DNA from: Nitrosospira sp.
GTDB taxonomy: Bacteria > Pseudomonadota > Gammaproteobacteria > Burkholderiales > Nitrosomonadaceae
DNA: 64,000 bases
Direction of reading: 5' to 3'
Assembly (NCBI GenBank): GCA_035547595.1
Contig: DASZUL010000047.1
Location: 27,160 to 91,159 of the forward strand
Every line of letters starts with the position of its first letter. Within the stretch, counting starts at the first letter, position 1. The notes beneath the pieces are model-generated. The model saw only the letters and a list, made by a program, of their open reading frames with translations, made no database searches and had not been told where the DNA came from. Positions 38,933 through 49,947 of the stretch are shown in pieces. The position numbers and the translations under genes were made by a program.

Positions 38933-39358
38933 CTACTTTCCGCGGGACCGCTCCTGGAACTCGTGGCGCTCCTGTGCTTCGATGCATAGGGTGGCGGTGG
39001 GCCGCGCCAGCAGACGGGGAATCCCGATTGGCTCGCCTGTTTCCTCGCACCAGCCATACGTTCCGTTTTCGATGCGTTCGAGCGCATCCGCAATTTTTCG
39101 CAGCAGCTTGCGTTCGCGGTCCCTTACCCGGAATTCAAGCGAGAAATTTTCTTCGGTGCTTGCCCGATCATTGGGATCGGGCTCCGAAACGATCGCATGC
39201 ATACTGTCAAGCGTGCCCTGGGCATTCTCCAGCAATTTGCGCCGCTCATCTTCGAGCAGGGCGCGAAAGAATTGCAGTTGCTCCATGGACATGTATTCGC
39301 CCGGCGGAACCTGGGCAACCGTTTTCTCTGCGGGAGAAGGAATTTGCTCTTTTTCCAT
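38933..39358 (-). CDS. dksA: RNA polymerase-binding protein DksA, two-Cys (CxxT...CxxA) type
   Basis: YMSMEQLQFF, DPNDRA, RDRERKLLRKI and YGWCEETGEPIGIPRLLARPTATLCIEAQE motifs. Confidence 0.93.
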   Translation of the reverse strand: MEKEQIPSPAEKTVAQVPPGEYMSMEQLQFFRALLEDERRKLLENAQGTLDSMHAIVSEPDPNDRASTEENFSLEFRVRDRERKLLRKIADALERIENGTYGWCEETGEPIGIPRLLARPTATLCIEAQERHEFQERSRGK

Positions 39359-39642
39359 GGCATCTCGCGAATATGAAATGGATCGGACATTGGGAACAGC
39401 ACCGAAAAGGCGCAATCCGGTTCCTTTTTGTTGCCGCCTTTTCTTTTTTAAAAACTCGGTACATAATAGGGTTATTTACGGATTTGATAAAGCATTTGTG
39501 CGCATTTGTACAGCATGATTCCCTCAGTCCATAAAAGTGTCGCGATGGAAATCCGGGTACCATCCGGACATGGGTTCATTCCTTGTCTTTTTTATCGGCG
39601 ATCAGGTTGCTCATCATGGGCAAAACGCCCGTACTGACCGAT

Positions 39643-40056
39643 ATGAAGTCACGAAGCCGCCTGTTTGTCGTTGTCCTGGTCATGCTGGGACTGCCGCTGC
39701 AGGGTGCGTTGGCCGCCATCATGCCGCTTTGCGCCCAGGTTTCCCAATCTCCCCAAACCCATCCGGCGCTCAACCCGTTCCCCGGCTTCGAGGCGCAAAG
39801 CCACTCGTCCAGCCTGGCTTCGCCCTGTTCCCAGCATGATATGGACGATACGGACGAATCCGCGCCTGAAACCGTCGACCAGCCGGACGAAATGGCGCTG
39901 ACATGCGATGGATCCGTCTGCCATATAAGCGGCAGCAGTTTGCCTGCTTTTACTCCTCAAATAAACTCGACCGGCGGGTTTTCCTATCTTGCCGCGTCAA
40001 ATGTCCGCTTCACCTCGCTTATCCTGAACCAGCCGCAACGCCCCCCTCTCTCCTGA
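39643..40056 (+). CDS. Small exported Cys/His protein (DUF2946/CopL-like) leading the cus operon
   Basis: LPLQGALAAIMPLC N-terminus, CDGSVCH, and terminal PQRPP typical of these leader proteins. Confidence 0.65.
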   Translation: MKSRSRLFVVVLVMLGLPLQGALAAIMPLCAQVSQSPQTHPALNPFPGFEAQSHSSSLASPCSQHDMDDTDESAPETVDQPDEMALTCDGSVCHISGSSLPAFTPQINSTGGFSYLAASNVRFTSLILNQPQRPPLS

Positions 40057-40335
40057 TTCCTTTTTCCGGGATGCGCTGAACAAACCCTCTCGCCTGCGCG
40101 AAGGGCTTGCTCCACAGCGTTTTCCGGCCGGCAAATCCGGTTGCCCGGTTGCGTACCCTTGTCGTCAGCCATCGCCGTACCGGCTGTCACCCGCTGCCCC
40201 GGCTTCATGCGGCGGCAGCCATTCCGGCAATAGTCCCGCAACCGCTCGCCCGGAATCCGGCGATCAGGCTGGCTGCATCGCTCCTGTTCCAGCGATGTTT
40301 CCTTCCAGTTACGAACGATTTTCAGGGGAATCAGG

Positions 40336-41808
40336 ATGATTACCTTGCTCTCATTTTCCACGGGTTTGCCGCTGGCCATGGGCCAGCGATTTAAGCAGGC
40401 GCAAGATTGCTTGCCTTCATGTTTGCCGGCGCCGTTCCGGCATGCAGTCCGGTCTTGTGCCGGAGCTCTCGCGCTATTGGCGAGCGCCGTTTTTCAGGCG
40501 CACGCTGCAGATGTGCTTCCGAACTGGGGAAGCGCAACAGCGCACCGGTATGCCAGCGCCATGCATAAGGAGGAAGCACCTGCCGGAGCGTTCGCAAAAG
40601 CCGCGGACGACCACGTTACTCCGTTGCAGACGTTGATTGCGGAAGCGCTGGAGAAAAATCCGGAAATCCAGGCCGCGCGTCACGAGCGCGAGGCGGCCAG
40701 CCAGAGAGTGGCGCCAGCCGGGGCACTGGATGACCCGGTGCTGGAAGCAGGAATTATCAATGCGCCCCTGGCTTCGTCAACCTTCAATCGGGAAGACATG
40801 ACGATGAAAATGATCGGCTTGTCCCAGCGCTTGCCCTTTCCGGGCAAGCGCGGCCTACGCAGGGAAGTCGCCGCCCGCGATGCGGAGAGCATCGGCCACG
40901 GCTATCAGGAAACCGTGAATCGCGTGGTACGCGACATCAAGGCCGCCTATTTCGATCTGGGGCTGATACTTGAAAGAACCCGCATCGTCGAGAAAAACAA
41001 GCTGATCCTGGAAGACCTTCTCCACATTGCCGAGCGCCACTATGGGGTAGGCATAGGCAGCCTGGCCGACGCGCTGAAGGCGCAAACGCAGGTATCCAGG
41101 ATGGCGGACGAACTGCTCAGGCTGGCGCGGGAAAAGCCGGTCATGGAAGCAGAGCTCATCCGCTCGCTCAACCGTAGCGCGACAGCGGCGGCGCCAATAC
41201 CGAAACCGCCGCAACTGGGGGAAGAGGTCCTGAGCCTGGAGTCCCTGCGCGAAGCAGCTCTTGCGCAGCGCCCGCAATTGCTGGCGCTGCAAAGCATCGT
41301 CGCCCGCAACGACAAGGCGCTGGAACTGACCCGGAAAAATTACTATCCCGACCTCGACGTGCGTTTGTCGTATGGCCAGCGCGACAACATGCTGGATGGC
41401 AGCAGGCGCCCCGACATGGTGACCCTGACCGTGGCGATGAACCTCCCCATATGGCGCGAGAACAAGCTCGAACCGCGGGTGATGGAGACATTGGCGCTGC
41501 GCGACCAGGCGCTGGACCTGTACCAGGCGCAGCGCAACGAAGTGGACGCAAGGTTGCGGCAGCAGGTGGAGATGGCTGAACAAAACCTGAGATCGGCGCG
41601 GCTTTACCAGACCGCCATCCTGCCGCAGGCGCGGCTCACGGTCGAGGCTTCGTTGAGCGCCTATCGCGTCAATCGCGTCGATTTCCTGACATTGCTCGAT
41701 AGCCAGATGACCGTGTTCAACTATGAAATCGGTCTTGCCACGGCCATTGCCGGCTACAACAAGGCGCTTGCGGAAATCGATTTGCTCGCCGGCAAGCCGC
41801 CCCGGTAA
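40336..41808 (+). CDS. TolC-family outer-membrane heavy-metal efflux protein (CusC-like)
   Basis: LSQRLPFPGKRGLR, YYPDLDV, MNLPIW and YRVNRVDFLTLLDSQ motifs; start uncertain. Confidence 0.9.
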   Translation: MITLLSFSTGLPLAMGQRFKQAQDCLPSCLPAPFRHAVRSCAGALALLASAVFQAHAADVLPNWGSATAHRYASAMHKEEAPAGAFAKAADDHVTPLQTLIAEALEKNPEIQAARHEREAASQRVAPAGALDDPVLEAGIINAPLASSTFNREDMTMKMIGLSQRLPFPGKRGLRREVAARDAESIGHGYQETVNRVVRDIKAAYFDLGLILERTRIVEKNKLILEDLLHIAERHYGVGIGSLADALKAQTQVSRMADELLRLAREKPVMEAELIRSLNRSATAAAPIPKPPQLGEEVLSLESLREAALAQRPQLLALQSIVARNDKALELTRKNYYPDLDVRLSYGQRDNMLDGSRRPDMVTLTVAMNLPIWRENKLEPRVMETLALRDQALDLYQAQRNEVDARLRQQVEMAEQNLRSARLYQTAILPQARLTVEASLSAYRVNRVDFLTLLDSQMTVFNYEIGLATAIAGYNKALAEIDLLAGKPPR

Positions 41809-41828
41809 AACCACCCAGTCGATAATGG

Positions 41829-43445
41829 ATGAAACCGATGAACCCGATTGCCAGATTGATCATTGTTACCGCCCTGATAGCGGGCGCGCTCGCCGCCGGA
41901 TACTGGTGGGGCAGCGCCAGGCCGGCGGCGCCAGCGGCGAATCCGCCGGAAGCCGTGACGCCAGCAGGTAAAGGCAGGATCCTCTATTACCGTAATCCGA
42001 TGGGGCATCGCGACACCTCGCCGGTGCCGAAGAAAGATTCGATGGGCATGGACTACATCCCCGTCCATGAAGGCGAAGAATCCTCGTCCGGCACTTCGGT
42101 AGTGAAGATCAGTAACGAAAAAATACAAAAGCTCGGGGTAAAAACGGAGGCAGTCGCGCTGCGTGAGCTCACCCGCACGGTGCGGGCCATGGCAACCGTG
42201 CAGCCGGACGAGCGCCGGCTGTACACCGTGGCGCCCAAGTTCGAGGGCTGGATCCATAAGCTCTACGTAAACGCCACTGGGCAGGCGGTAAGAAAAGGCG
42301 AGGCGTTGATGGATGTATACAGTCCAGAGCTGATCACGGCGCAGCACGAATATCTGATCGGAAGAAAAGGGATGCAGCATGCGATTGCGGAAGGCAATCC
42401 GGAGGGGGGAGGGGCAATGCAGCGGCTGGCCGAGAGCACCTTGAGCAGGCTGCGCAATTGGGATATCTCGGAGGCGGACCTGCGGGCGCTGCAGCAGGAA
42501 GGCCAGGTCAAGCATTATGTCACCTTGCGTTCCGGGACCGGTGGCATCGTACTGGAGAAACCCGCTATCGAAGGCAGGCGCTTCATGCCCGGCGAGATGC
42601 TGTACCAGATTGCCGACCTGTCCAGCGTGTGGATGCTGGCCGATGTGTTCGAGCAGGATCTCGGCCTGGTTGGTCGGGGCCAGAACGCCACTATCAGGAT
42701 GGTTGCCTATCCGGACAAGGTGTTCAGTGGGACGGTGACATTCATCTATCCCACGGTGGCGCCGGAAACGCGGACCGCAAAGGTGCGGATTGAGCTCCCC
42801 AACAAGGAAGGCTTGCTCAAGCCGGACATGTACGGAAGGGTTGAGCTGGCTTCGCTTCAGGGCAAACATAAGGTGCTGGCGGTGCCCGACTCGGCAGTGC
42901 TCGATACAGGAACGCGGCGCCTGGCGCTGGTGGAACGGGGCGAGGGCCGGTACGAGCCGCGCGAGGTCACGCTCGGCATGCACGGCGATGGCTACGTTGA
43001 GGTATTGGGCGGGCTTGCGGCGGGAGAAGCGGTGGTGGTCAGCGCAAACTTCCTGATCGATGCCGAGAGCAACCTCAAGGCGGCGCTGGACGGATTCACT
43101 CGCGATGCTTCCAGTCCGAGACCTGACGGGACTGCGCACGATGAACACCGCGCATCCGGGCAAACCGTGGTTCAAGGCCATCACGGCGAGGGAAGCATCG
43201 AGGCGATGGATTGGGCGCGCTCGACGGTAACGATCAGCCACGGTCCGATTGCCAGTCTCGGTTGGCCGCCGATGACCATGGATTTCCGTGTCACGGAACC
43301 GGCCTTGCTGCGCGCCTTGAAGCCCGGGCAGAAGGTCGGTTTCGACATGGTCGAGGAACCGGCCGGCGAGTATGTCGTCGTCCGCATCCGGCCGGCTAAC
43401 GGCAGCCTTCCCGCCAGTTCCGCCGGCGGCAGGGGAGAACGCTGA
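41829..43445 (+). CDS. cusB: CusB-type adaptor with N-terminal Met-rich metal-binding domain and C-terminal fused CusF domain
   Basis: YYRNPMG...KKDSMGMDYIPV, GWIHKLY, NFLIDAESNL; tail HGPIASLGWPPMTMDF. Confidence 0.92.
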   Translation: MKPMNPIARLIIVTALIAGALAAGYWWGSARPAAPAANPPEAVTPAGKGRILYYRNPMGHRDTSPVPKKDSMGMDYIPVHEGEESSSGTSVVKISNEKIQKLGVKTEAVALRELTRTVRAMATVQPDERRLYTVAPKFEGWIHKLYVNATGQAVRKGEALMDVYSPELITAQHEYLIGRKGMQHAIAEGNPEGGGAMQRLAESTLSRLRNWDISEADLRALQQEGQVKHYVTLRSGTGGIVLEKPAIEGRRFMPGEMLYQIADLSSVWMLADVFEQDLGLVGRGQNATIRMVAYPDKVFSGTVTFIYPTVAPETRTAKVRIELPNKEGLLKPDMYGRVELASLQGKHKVLAVPDSAVLDTGTRRLALVERGEGRYEPREVTLGMHGDGYVEVLGGLAAGEAVVVSANFLIDAESNLKAALDGFTRDASSPRPDGTAHDEHRASGQTVVQGHHGEGSIEAMDWARSTVTISHGPIASLGWPPMTMDFRVTEPALLRALKPGQKVGFDMVEEPAGEYVVVRIRPANGSLPASSAGGRGER

Positions 43446-46400
43446 TGCTCGGCCGGATCATCGAATGGTCTGCCCGCAATATATTCCTGGTGCTGCTGGG
43501 CACGGCCTTCATTGTCGGCCTCGGCATCTACTCCACGGTCCGCACGCCACTGGACGCGATTCCCGATCTCTCGGATGCGCAGGTCATCATCTACACAGAA
43601 TACCCGGGGCAGGCGCCGCAGGTCGTCGAAGACCAGGTCACCTATCCCTTGAGCACGGCCATGCTGGCGGTGCCGAAATCCAGGGTGGTGCGCGGCCTTT
43701 CGGTATTCGGCGCCTCCTTCATCTACATCATCTTCGAGGATGACACCGATATCTACTGGGCCCGAAGCCGCGTGCTCGAATACCTTAATTTCGCGGCTGG
43801 GCGCATGCCGCGAGGCGTCACGCCGACCCTGGGGCCGGACGCGACGGGTGTTGGCTGGGTGTATCAGTATGTGGTCTTGGCCGCCCGGCATACGCTTGCG
43901 GAATTGCGCACCATCCAGGACTGGTTCGTGCGCTATCAGCTCACCAAGGCGCACGGCGTGGCCGAAGTGGCGAGCGTGGGCGGATTCGTCCAGACCTACC
44001 AGGTCACGGTCGAGCCGCGCAAGTTGCAGGCTTATGGCATTCCCCTCGGCCGGATCGCCGCCGTGATCCGCGCCAGCAACCGCGACGTGGGAGGACGCGT
44101 GCTCGAAATGGCCGAGACGGAATATGTGGTGCGCGGGCGCGGTTACCTGCACGGCATAGCCGACATCGAAAATCTCGTTCTCAAGGCGGAAAAAGGCACG
44201 CCGGTGCTGATCCGCGATGTGGCCCGGGTCGAATTGGCGCCGGATGAACGGCGCGGGATCGCGGAGTTGAACGGCGAGGGTGAGGTGGTCTCCGGCATTG
44301 CCGTAGCGCGCTACGGACAGAATGCGCTGACCGTCATCGACAACGTCAAAAGAAGGATTGAAGAAATATCCAGCGGTTTGCCGGAGGGAGTGTGGCTGCA
44401 GACCGTCTATGACCGTTCCGACCTGATCTATCGGGCAATCGATAACCTGAAACGGGTGCTGGTCGAAGAAAGCCTCATCGTAGCCGCCGTCTGCATGGTG
44501 TTTCTCATGCATGCGAGGAGCGCGCTGGTGGCTATCGTCATGCTGCCTATCGGCGTGCTCATCGCGATGATCGCCATGCACATGCTGGGGCTCAATTCAA
44601 ACATCATGAGCCTGGGCGGCATCGCCATTGCCATCGGCGCCATGGTGGATGCGGCCATCGTGATGATCGAGAATACCCACAAGCACCTGGAGCGGGCGCC
44701 GCCGGATGCGCCCCGCCTGCAAATCGTGATCGATGCCTGCCGCGAGGTGGGTCCCGCCCTGTTTTTCAGCCTCCTCATTATTACCGTTTCATTCCTGCCG
44801 GTATTCACGCTGGAAGCGCAGGAGGGACGAATGTTCGCACCGCTGGCTTATACCAAGACGTTCGCGATGGCGGGCGCGGCGCTGCTGTCCATCACGCTGG
44901 TGCCAGTGCTGATGTTCCTGTTTATCCGCGGCAGGATCCTGCCCGAGCAAAGAAATCCGGTCAACCGCTTTCTGATATGGATTTACCGTCCTGTCATCGC
45001 CTGGGTGATGCGATGGAAGAAGCTCACCATAGCGCTTGCTGCGATTACGCTCGCTGTTTCGATATTCCCGGCAACAAAGCTGGGCAGCGAGTTCATGCCG
45101 GTGCTGAACGAGGGAAGCCTGCTGTATATGCCCATCACCTTGCCGGCATTGTCGGTCACCAAATCCGCCGAAATGTTGCAGACCCAGGACAAGATCATCA
45201 AGATGTTTCCCGAGGTCGAGTCGGTGTTCGGAAAGGCGGGGCGCGCCAATACCGCGACCGACCCTGCGCCGCTGGAGATGGCCGAAACGGTGATCAACCT
45301 CAAGCCCGAAAGCGAATGGCGGCCAGGCATGACTGTCGATAAGCTGATAGCCGATCTGGACCAGGCGCTGCAAATACCCGGAGTCAGCAATGCGTGGACC
45401 ATGCCGATCAAGAACAGGATAGACATGCTTGCCACAGGCATCCGCACGCCGATCGGCATCAAGGTGTTCGGCAAGGACCTAGAGGAAATCGAGGAACTCG
45501 CCAGGCATATCGAGGCTGTCGTAAAAACGGTGCCGGGCACCACCAGCGCCTACGCGGAACGCCTTACCAGTGGCTACTATCTCGACATCGAACCCGACCG
45601 GCTGGCGCTGGCTCGCTACGGCTTGGCAGTGGGCGACCTCTTGGAAGCGGTCTCGCTGGCGCTGGGCGGCGAGACGCTGACGACCACCGTGGAAGGCCGC
45701 GAGCGCTTCGCCGTCACCATGCGCTATCCGCGCGAGCTGCGCCAGGATCCGATGGCGATCGCCAACCAGGTCCTGATACCGGTCATGAACGACGCCATGA
45801 TCCCGCTAGGGCAGGTGGCCAGCGTTAAAACGGTCAGGGCACCTCCCGCCATACGCACCGAGAATGCGCTGCTGTCGGCGTACATCTTTGTCGATATCCG
45901 CAACCGCGACATGGGAGGCTATGTCGCCGATGCCCAAAAAGCGGTGACGGAGCAGGTGAAATTCCCGCCCGGATACTATGCTACGTGGAGCGGCCAGTTC
46001 GAATACATGGAGCGGGCCAAGCAGAAGCTGAAGGTGATCGTGCCCCTCACCCTGGCGATCATTTTCCTGCTTCTCTATCTCAATTTCAGGCGATTTACCG
46101 AAACCTTCATCGTCATGCTTTCGGTGCCGTTTTCGCTGGTGGGTGGAATCTGGCTGCTCTGGCTGCTTGGCTACAACCTCAGCGTCGCGGTGGTCGTGGG
46201 CTTCATTGCGCTCGCCGGCGTCGCCGCCGAGACAGGCGTCGTCATGCTGATCTATCTCGACCACGCCTGGGAAGCCATGGAGAAAAAGCGCGCGGCCGCG
46301 GGCGGCCAGCCAACGGCGGCCGATCTGTATGCCGCGGTAATGGATGGAGCCGTCGAGCGCGTACGCCCGAAAATGATGACCGTGGTGGCAATTATGGCAG

Positions 46401-46570
46401 GGCTGCTGCCGATCATGTGGGGCAGCGGCACGGGCTCCGAAGTAATGCGGCGCATCGCAGCGCCCATGGTGGGCGGCATGGTGTCGTCCACGATACTGAC
46501 ATTGATCGTGATTCCCGCCATCTATGCCCTGATCAAGGAGTGGGGCCTGCGCGATCGGAAGGGAAACTGA
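43445..46570 (+). CDS. cusA: Cu(I)/Ag(I) RND efflux permease
   Basis: DAIPDLSDAQVI, GAMVDAAIV, three-Met site (LYMP, LEMAET, AWTMPI) and RVRPKMMT motifs. Confidence 0.96.
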   Translation: MLGRIIEWSARNIFLVLLGTAFIVGLGIYSTVRTPLDAIPDLSDAQVIIYTEYPGQAPQVVEDQVTYPLSTAMLAVPKSRVVRGLSVFGASFIYIIFEDDTDIYWARSRVLEYLNFAAGRMPRGVTPTLGPDATGVGWVYQYVVLAARHTLAELRTIQDWFVRYQLTKAHGVAEVASVGGFVQTYQVTVEPRKLQAYGIPLGRIAAVIRASNRDVGGRVLEMAETEYVVRGRGYLHGIADIENLVLKAEKGTPVLIRDVARVELAPDERRGIAELNGEGEVVSGIAVARYGQNALTVIDNVKRRIEEISSGLPEGVWLQTVYDRSDLIYRAIDNLKRVLVEESLIVAAVCMVFLMHARSALVAIVMLPIGVLIAMIAMHMLGLNSNIMSLGGIAIAIGAMVDAAIVMIENTHKHLERAPPDAPRLQIVIDACREVGPALFFSLLIITVSFLPVFTLEAQEGRMFAPLAYTKTFAMAGAALLSITLVPVLMFLFIRGRILPEQRNPVNRFLIWIYRPVIAWVMRWKKLTIALAAITLAVSIFPATKLGSEFMPVLNEGSLLYMPITLPALSVTKSAEMLQTQDKIIKMFPEVESVFGKAGRANTATDPAPLEMAETVINLKPESEWRPGMTVDKLIADLDQALQIPGVSNAWTMPIKNRIDMLATGIRTPIGIKVFGKDLEEIEELARHIEAVVKTVPGTTSAYAERLTSGYYLDIEPDRLALARYGLAVGDLLEAVSLALGGETLTTTVEGRERFAVTMRYPRELRQDPMAIANQVLIPVMNDAMIPLGQVASVKTVRAPPAIRTENALLSAYIFVDIRNRDMGGYVADAQKAVTEQVKFPPGYYATWSGQFEYMERAKQKLKVIVPLTLAIIFLLLYLNFRRFTETFIVMLSVPFSLVGGIWLLWLLGYNLSVAVVVGFIALAGVAAETGVVMLIYLDHAWEAMEKKRAAAGGQPTAADLYAAVMDGAVERVRPKMMTVVAIMAGLLPIMWGSGTGSEVMRRIAAPMVGGMVSSTILTLIVIPAIYALIKEWGLRDRKGN

Positions 46571-46830
46571 AATGCTGTTGTTTCTTAAGGAACGCTGCGG
46601 GAATGCTGCGCAAGTCTCCAAAGATGGCCTGGGGGAGGGGATGCGCGAGGATGCGAATGGTCCGGCCTGGTGTCGCCGCCGCTGCCCGATCCGCCAGTAG
46701 GATCACTCGGCTGCGCTCCGGGGAGCGATGTGTTGCGCTTCTCGTCATCGCAGGCCAGGAACGCCATGCCGGGTTGCAGGGCTACGATAATATATTTTCA
46801 TTTATTAACTCAACCATCAGGAGAAACATC

Positions 46831-47181
46831 ATGAAAACAAAGAGTTTTACTACGATTTTGGTCGCCCTTGGCTTATTGACCTCGTGCGCGCAAATGAATC
46901 CACATCCGATGGACATGACAAGCGCGGTCCGGAATGCTAAAACCAGTGGAGACCACAATGCATTGGCCAAACACTATGAAGACGTGGCCAGGGATATGGA
47001 TGCGAAGGTGCAGGAACATAAAAAATTACTCTACGAATACGAAACACACCCTTACTACGGAAAGCGCGCGCAAGATCTCAAGGCGCATTGCGAGGTCCTA
47101 ATCAGGAGTTATAAGCGGGCAGCGGAGGCAAACATGAGCATGGCGAAAATCCACCACCAAATGGCAGAGGAAACTAAATAG
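46831..47181 (+). CDS. Helical lipoprotein of unknown family, paralog B
   Basis: AGGAG RBS, lipobox LLTSC, HPMDM, DHNALAKHYE, YYGKRAQDLKAHC and KIHHQM; the track fused it to a spurious upstream frame. Confidence 0.88.
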   Translation: MKTKSFTTILVALGLLTSCAQMNPHPMDMTSAVRNAKTSGDHNALAKHYEDVARDMDAKVQEHKKLLYEYETHPYYGKRAQDLKAHCEVLIRSYKRAAEANMSMAKIHHQMAEETK

Positions 47182-47298
47182 TCCTAGTAAACAAGCGTGA
47201 AGGGATACACGGGGCGAAGCACGCCGTGCCAAAACCAGTGGGACACACCAAGTCACGAATCATCTACGATCAACTCCATGTAAAAAAGGGGCAACATA

Positions 47299-47625
47299 AT
47301 GAAATTCACTCCGATTCTTGTCTTAATTCTCGCCTTTTCGGCTTCTGGCGTCGCCACTGCGCAATCCGGCGCTGCGCGTGACAAGGCCGCCACGAGCTCA
47401 GAGGCGACCAGGCACCGGACCACTGCAGTAGTCAAAGCCGTGGATATCGCCAATGGAAAAGTCAAGCTTGCGCATGAACCAGTCAAAAGCCTGAACTGGC
47501 CTGCGATGACCATGAATTTCTTCGTCAAGGATCCCGCGCTGTTCGACCAGCTCTCGATCGGCAAAAAAGTGGAAGTCGAGTTCATCCAGGAAGACTCTGC
47601 GTCCGTCATAACAGCGGTAAAGTAA
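47299..47625 (+). CDS. cusF: Periplasmic copper chaperone
   Basis: Signal peptide; HEPVKSLNWPAMTMNF (His, Trp, Met, Met site). Confidence 0.93.
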   Translation: MKFTPILVLILAFSASGVATAQSGAARDKAATSSEATRHRTTAVVKAVDIANGKVKLAHEPVKSLNWPAMTMNFFVKDPALFDQLSIGKKVEVEFIQEDSASVITAVK

Positions 47626-47721
47626 ATGGTCCAAAAGCAGGGGTTAAAATCATGGCGGCGATGGTGGAAGCAGAGGACGGATTCGACCAGGAGGATCGGC
47701 TAAATTTCATGGGAGGATTTC

Positions 47722-49947
47722 ATGGAAGCAGAAACGAAAGCAGATCGTCATCCTTCCACCCTGCCGCAGGTTAGCCATCCCTCCGGTGAAGATGGGGCAA
47801 CATTCGTCCAAACCGGCGTGAAACCCGGTCCTCAATGGACCTGCCCCATGCATCCCGAAGTCTTGCGCGGCGCGCCAGGAGATTGCCCTATCTGTGGCAT
47901 GGCGCTGGTGCCTGTTGCAGGTACTGGCGCCACCGGAACTGAAGACAGCGAAGCCGAACTGCGTGATCTTGCACGCCGGTTGCGCGTCGGGGTCGGGTTG
48001 TCAATCCCGCTGGTCGCGATCGCGATGTTGCCCATGATCGGCGTCCATGAGCCGCTCGGGCTCAAGGCGCATGCACGCGGCTGGGTCGAGTTCCTGTTCG
48101 GCACGCCCGCCGTGTTATGGGCCGGCTGGCCGATCTTGCGTAAATTTTGGTTTTCGCTCATGCATCGCGCACCCAATATGTACACCCTTATCGGCCTGGG
48201 GGTAGGATGCGCCTATCTGTTCAGCCTTGCCGCCGTGTTTATGCCCGGCTGGTTCCCGCTGGAATTCCGCACACATGACGGAGCCGTAGGCACCTATTTC
48301 GAGGCGGCGGCGGTTATCGTGACGCTGGTCATGCTGGGCGACTACCTTCAAACACGCGCAATGGGACAGACCGGCCGGGCAATCCAGCAATTACTGAAGC
48401 TCGCGCCCAACCTGGCATGGCGTCTGCGCAACGATGGGACCGAGGAACAGGCGCCGCTTGAGGCGATCGCAGTGGGCGATCGGCTGCGCGTGAAACCGGG
48501 TGAGAAAATCCCGGTTGACGGAACGGTGCTCGAGGGGTCGAGCCGGGTGGATGAATCCATGATAACGGGCGAGCCGGTTCCGGTAGTCAAGTCTGCCAAG
48601 GATAAGGTGACTGGCGCGACCGTCAACGGCAACGGTGCCCTGGTCATTCGGGCCGAACGTGTAGGCGTCGACACGCTGCTGGCGCGCATCGTTCATATGG
48701 TCGGCGAGGCGCAACGCACGCGCGCGCCTATTCAGCGGCTTGCGGATGTCATTGCCGCCTATTTCGTCCAGGTTGTTATCGCCATCGCGATCATCACAGC
48801 TCTTGCATGGTGGTTTCTCGGACCGGAGCCGAAATTTGCCTATGCCTTCGTCAATGCCATTGCCGTTCTCATCATTGCCTGCCCGTGCGCTGTAGGTCTC
48901 GCCACACCCATATCGATGACTGTCGCCATGGGGCAGGGCGCTCGTGCCGGTATCCTGTTTCGCAACGCGGACGCTATCGAGCGCATGCGCGATATCGATA
49001 CCGTAGTGGTGGACAAGACTGGCACACTGACGCTGGGGCGCCCCGAGTTGACAGATTTCGCCGTAGACGGCATACCGCTGCAGGAAGCCCTTGCTCTGCT
49101 TGCAGGAGTGGAACAATTTTCCGAGCACCCTATCGCGCATGCCATCGTCGAGGGCGCCAGGTCGCGCAGCGCGGCGCCCTTGGCAGCGGAAGCTTTTGCA
49201 GCCGTCAACGGCATGGGAGTGCAGGGTCAAATCAACCGCAAGCGAGTGCTGGTGGGCAGCCGTGATTTTCTCCGGCAGGAGAGTATCGACACGCAGCGCT
49301 GGGAAGCGCGCGCGGAAACCTGGCGCAGTGAAGCCAAGACTGTGGTGTTTTTCGCAATCGACGGCAGTGCCACCGGTATCGCGGCAGTGGCTGATCCGAT
49401 CAAGGAAAATACGGCGGAAGCCATTGCCTCGCTACGGAACCAGGGCGTTCACATTGTCATGCTTACCGGGGACGCACAGCGCACCGCCGAGGTCGTTGCC
49501 GGGAAACTGGGCATCGATGAGGTGCTGGCCGAAGTCCTGCCGGAGGATAAAGCCGGCCACGTCAAGCGCCTCCAGGCCGAAGGACGCAAAATCGGGATGG
49601 CGGGTGATGGCATCAACGACGCTCCTGCACTGGCACAGGCGGATGTGGGGATCGCGATGGGAACGGGAACCGATGTAGCGATGGAAAGCGCGGGCGTCAC
49701 CCTGGTCAAGGGCGACCTGCGCGGCATTGCGCGGGCCATCATTCTGTCCCGCGCCACCATGCGCAACATCCGCCAGAATCTCATCTTCGCATTTGGCTAT
49801 AATGCGCTCGGCATTCCCCTTGCCGCAGGGTTGTTATATCCCCCTTTCGGGCTGTTGCTTTCACCGATGTTCGCTGGCGCGGCCATGGCGATGAGTTCGG
49901 TGTCCGTCGTTACCAATGCCTTGCGGCTCAACCGCGTTAGGCTATGA
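47722..49947 (+). CDS. copA: P1B-1 Cu(I)-translocating ATPase
   Basis: WTCPMHP...CPICGM, TGEP, CPC, DKTGT, HP, GDGIND, YN and MAMSS motifs. Confidence 0.95.
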   Translation: MEAETKADRHPSTLPQVSHPSGEDGATFVQTGVKPGPQWTCPMHPEVLRGAPGDCPICGMALVPVAGTGATGTEDSEAELRDLARRLRVGVGLSIPLVAIAMLPMIGVHEPLGLKAHARGWVEFLFGTPAVLWAGWPILRKFWFSLMHRAPNMYTLIGLGVGCAYLFSLAAVFMPGWFPLEFRTHDGAVGTYFEAAAVIVTLVMLGDYLQTRAMGQTGRAIQQLLKLAPNLAWRLRNDGTEEQAPLEAIAVGDRLRVKPGEKIPVDGTVLEGSSRVDESMITGEPVPVVKSAKDKVTGATVNGNGALVIRAERVGVDTLLARIVHMVGEAQRTRAPIQRLADVIAAYFVQVVIAIAIITALAWWFLGPEPKFAYAFVNAIAVLIIACPCAVGLATPISMTVAMGQGARAGILFRNADAIERMRDIDTVVVDKTGTLTLGRPELTDFAVDGIPLQEALALLAGVEQFSEHPIAHAIVEGARSRSAAPLAAEAFAAVNGMGVQGQINRKRVLVGSRDFLRQESIDTQRWEARAETWRSEAKTVVFFAIDGSATGIAAVADPIKENTAEAIASLRNQGVHIVMLTGDAQRTAEVVAGKLGIDEVLAEVLPEDKAGHVKRLQAEGRKIGMAGDGINDAPALAQADVGIAMGTGTDVAMESAGVTLVKGDLRGIARAIILSRATMRNIRQNLIFAFGYNALGIPLAAGLLYPPFGLLLSPMFAGAAMAMSSVSVVTNALRLNRVRL

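Noticed and set aside
39468-39490. Imperfect inverted repeat GTACATAA-TAGGG-TTATTTAC between dksA and the cus leader
   Set aside because: It does not match CueR, CusR or CsoR consensus well enough to assign.
45985-46830. N-terminal 282 codons of the track ORF 45985..47181
   Set aside because: They overlap cusA out of frame; the real gene starts at ATG 46831 after an AGGAG RBS.
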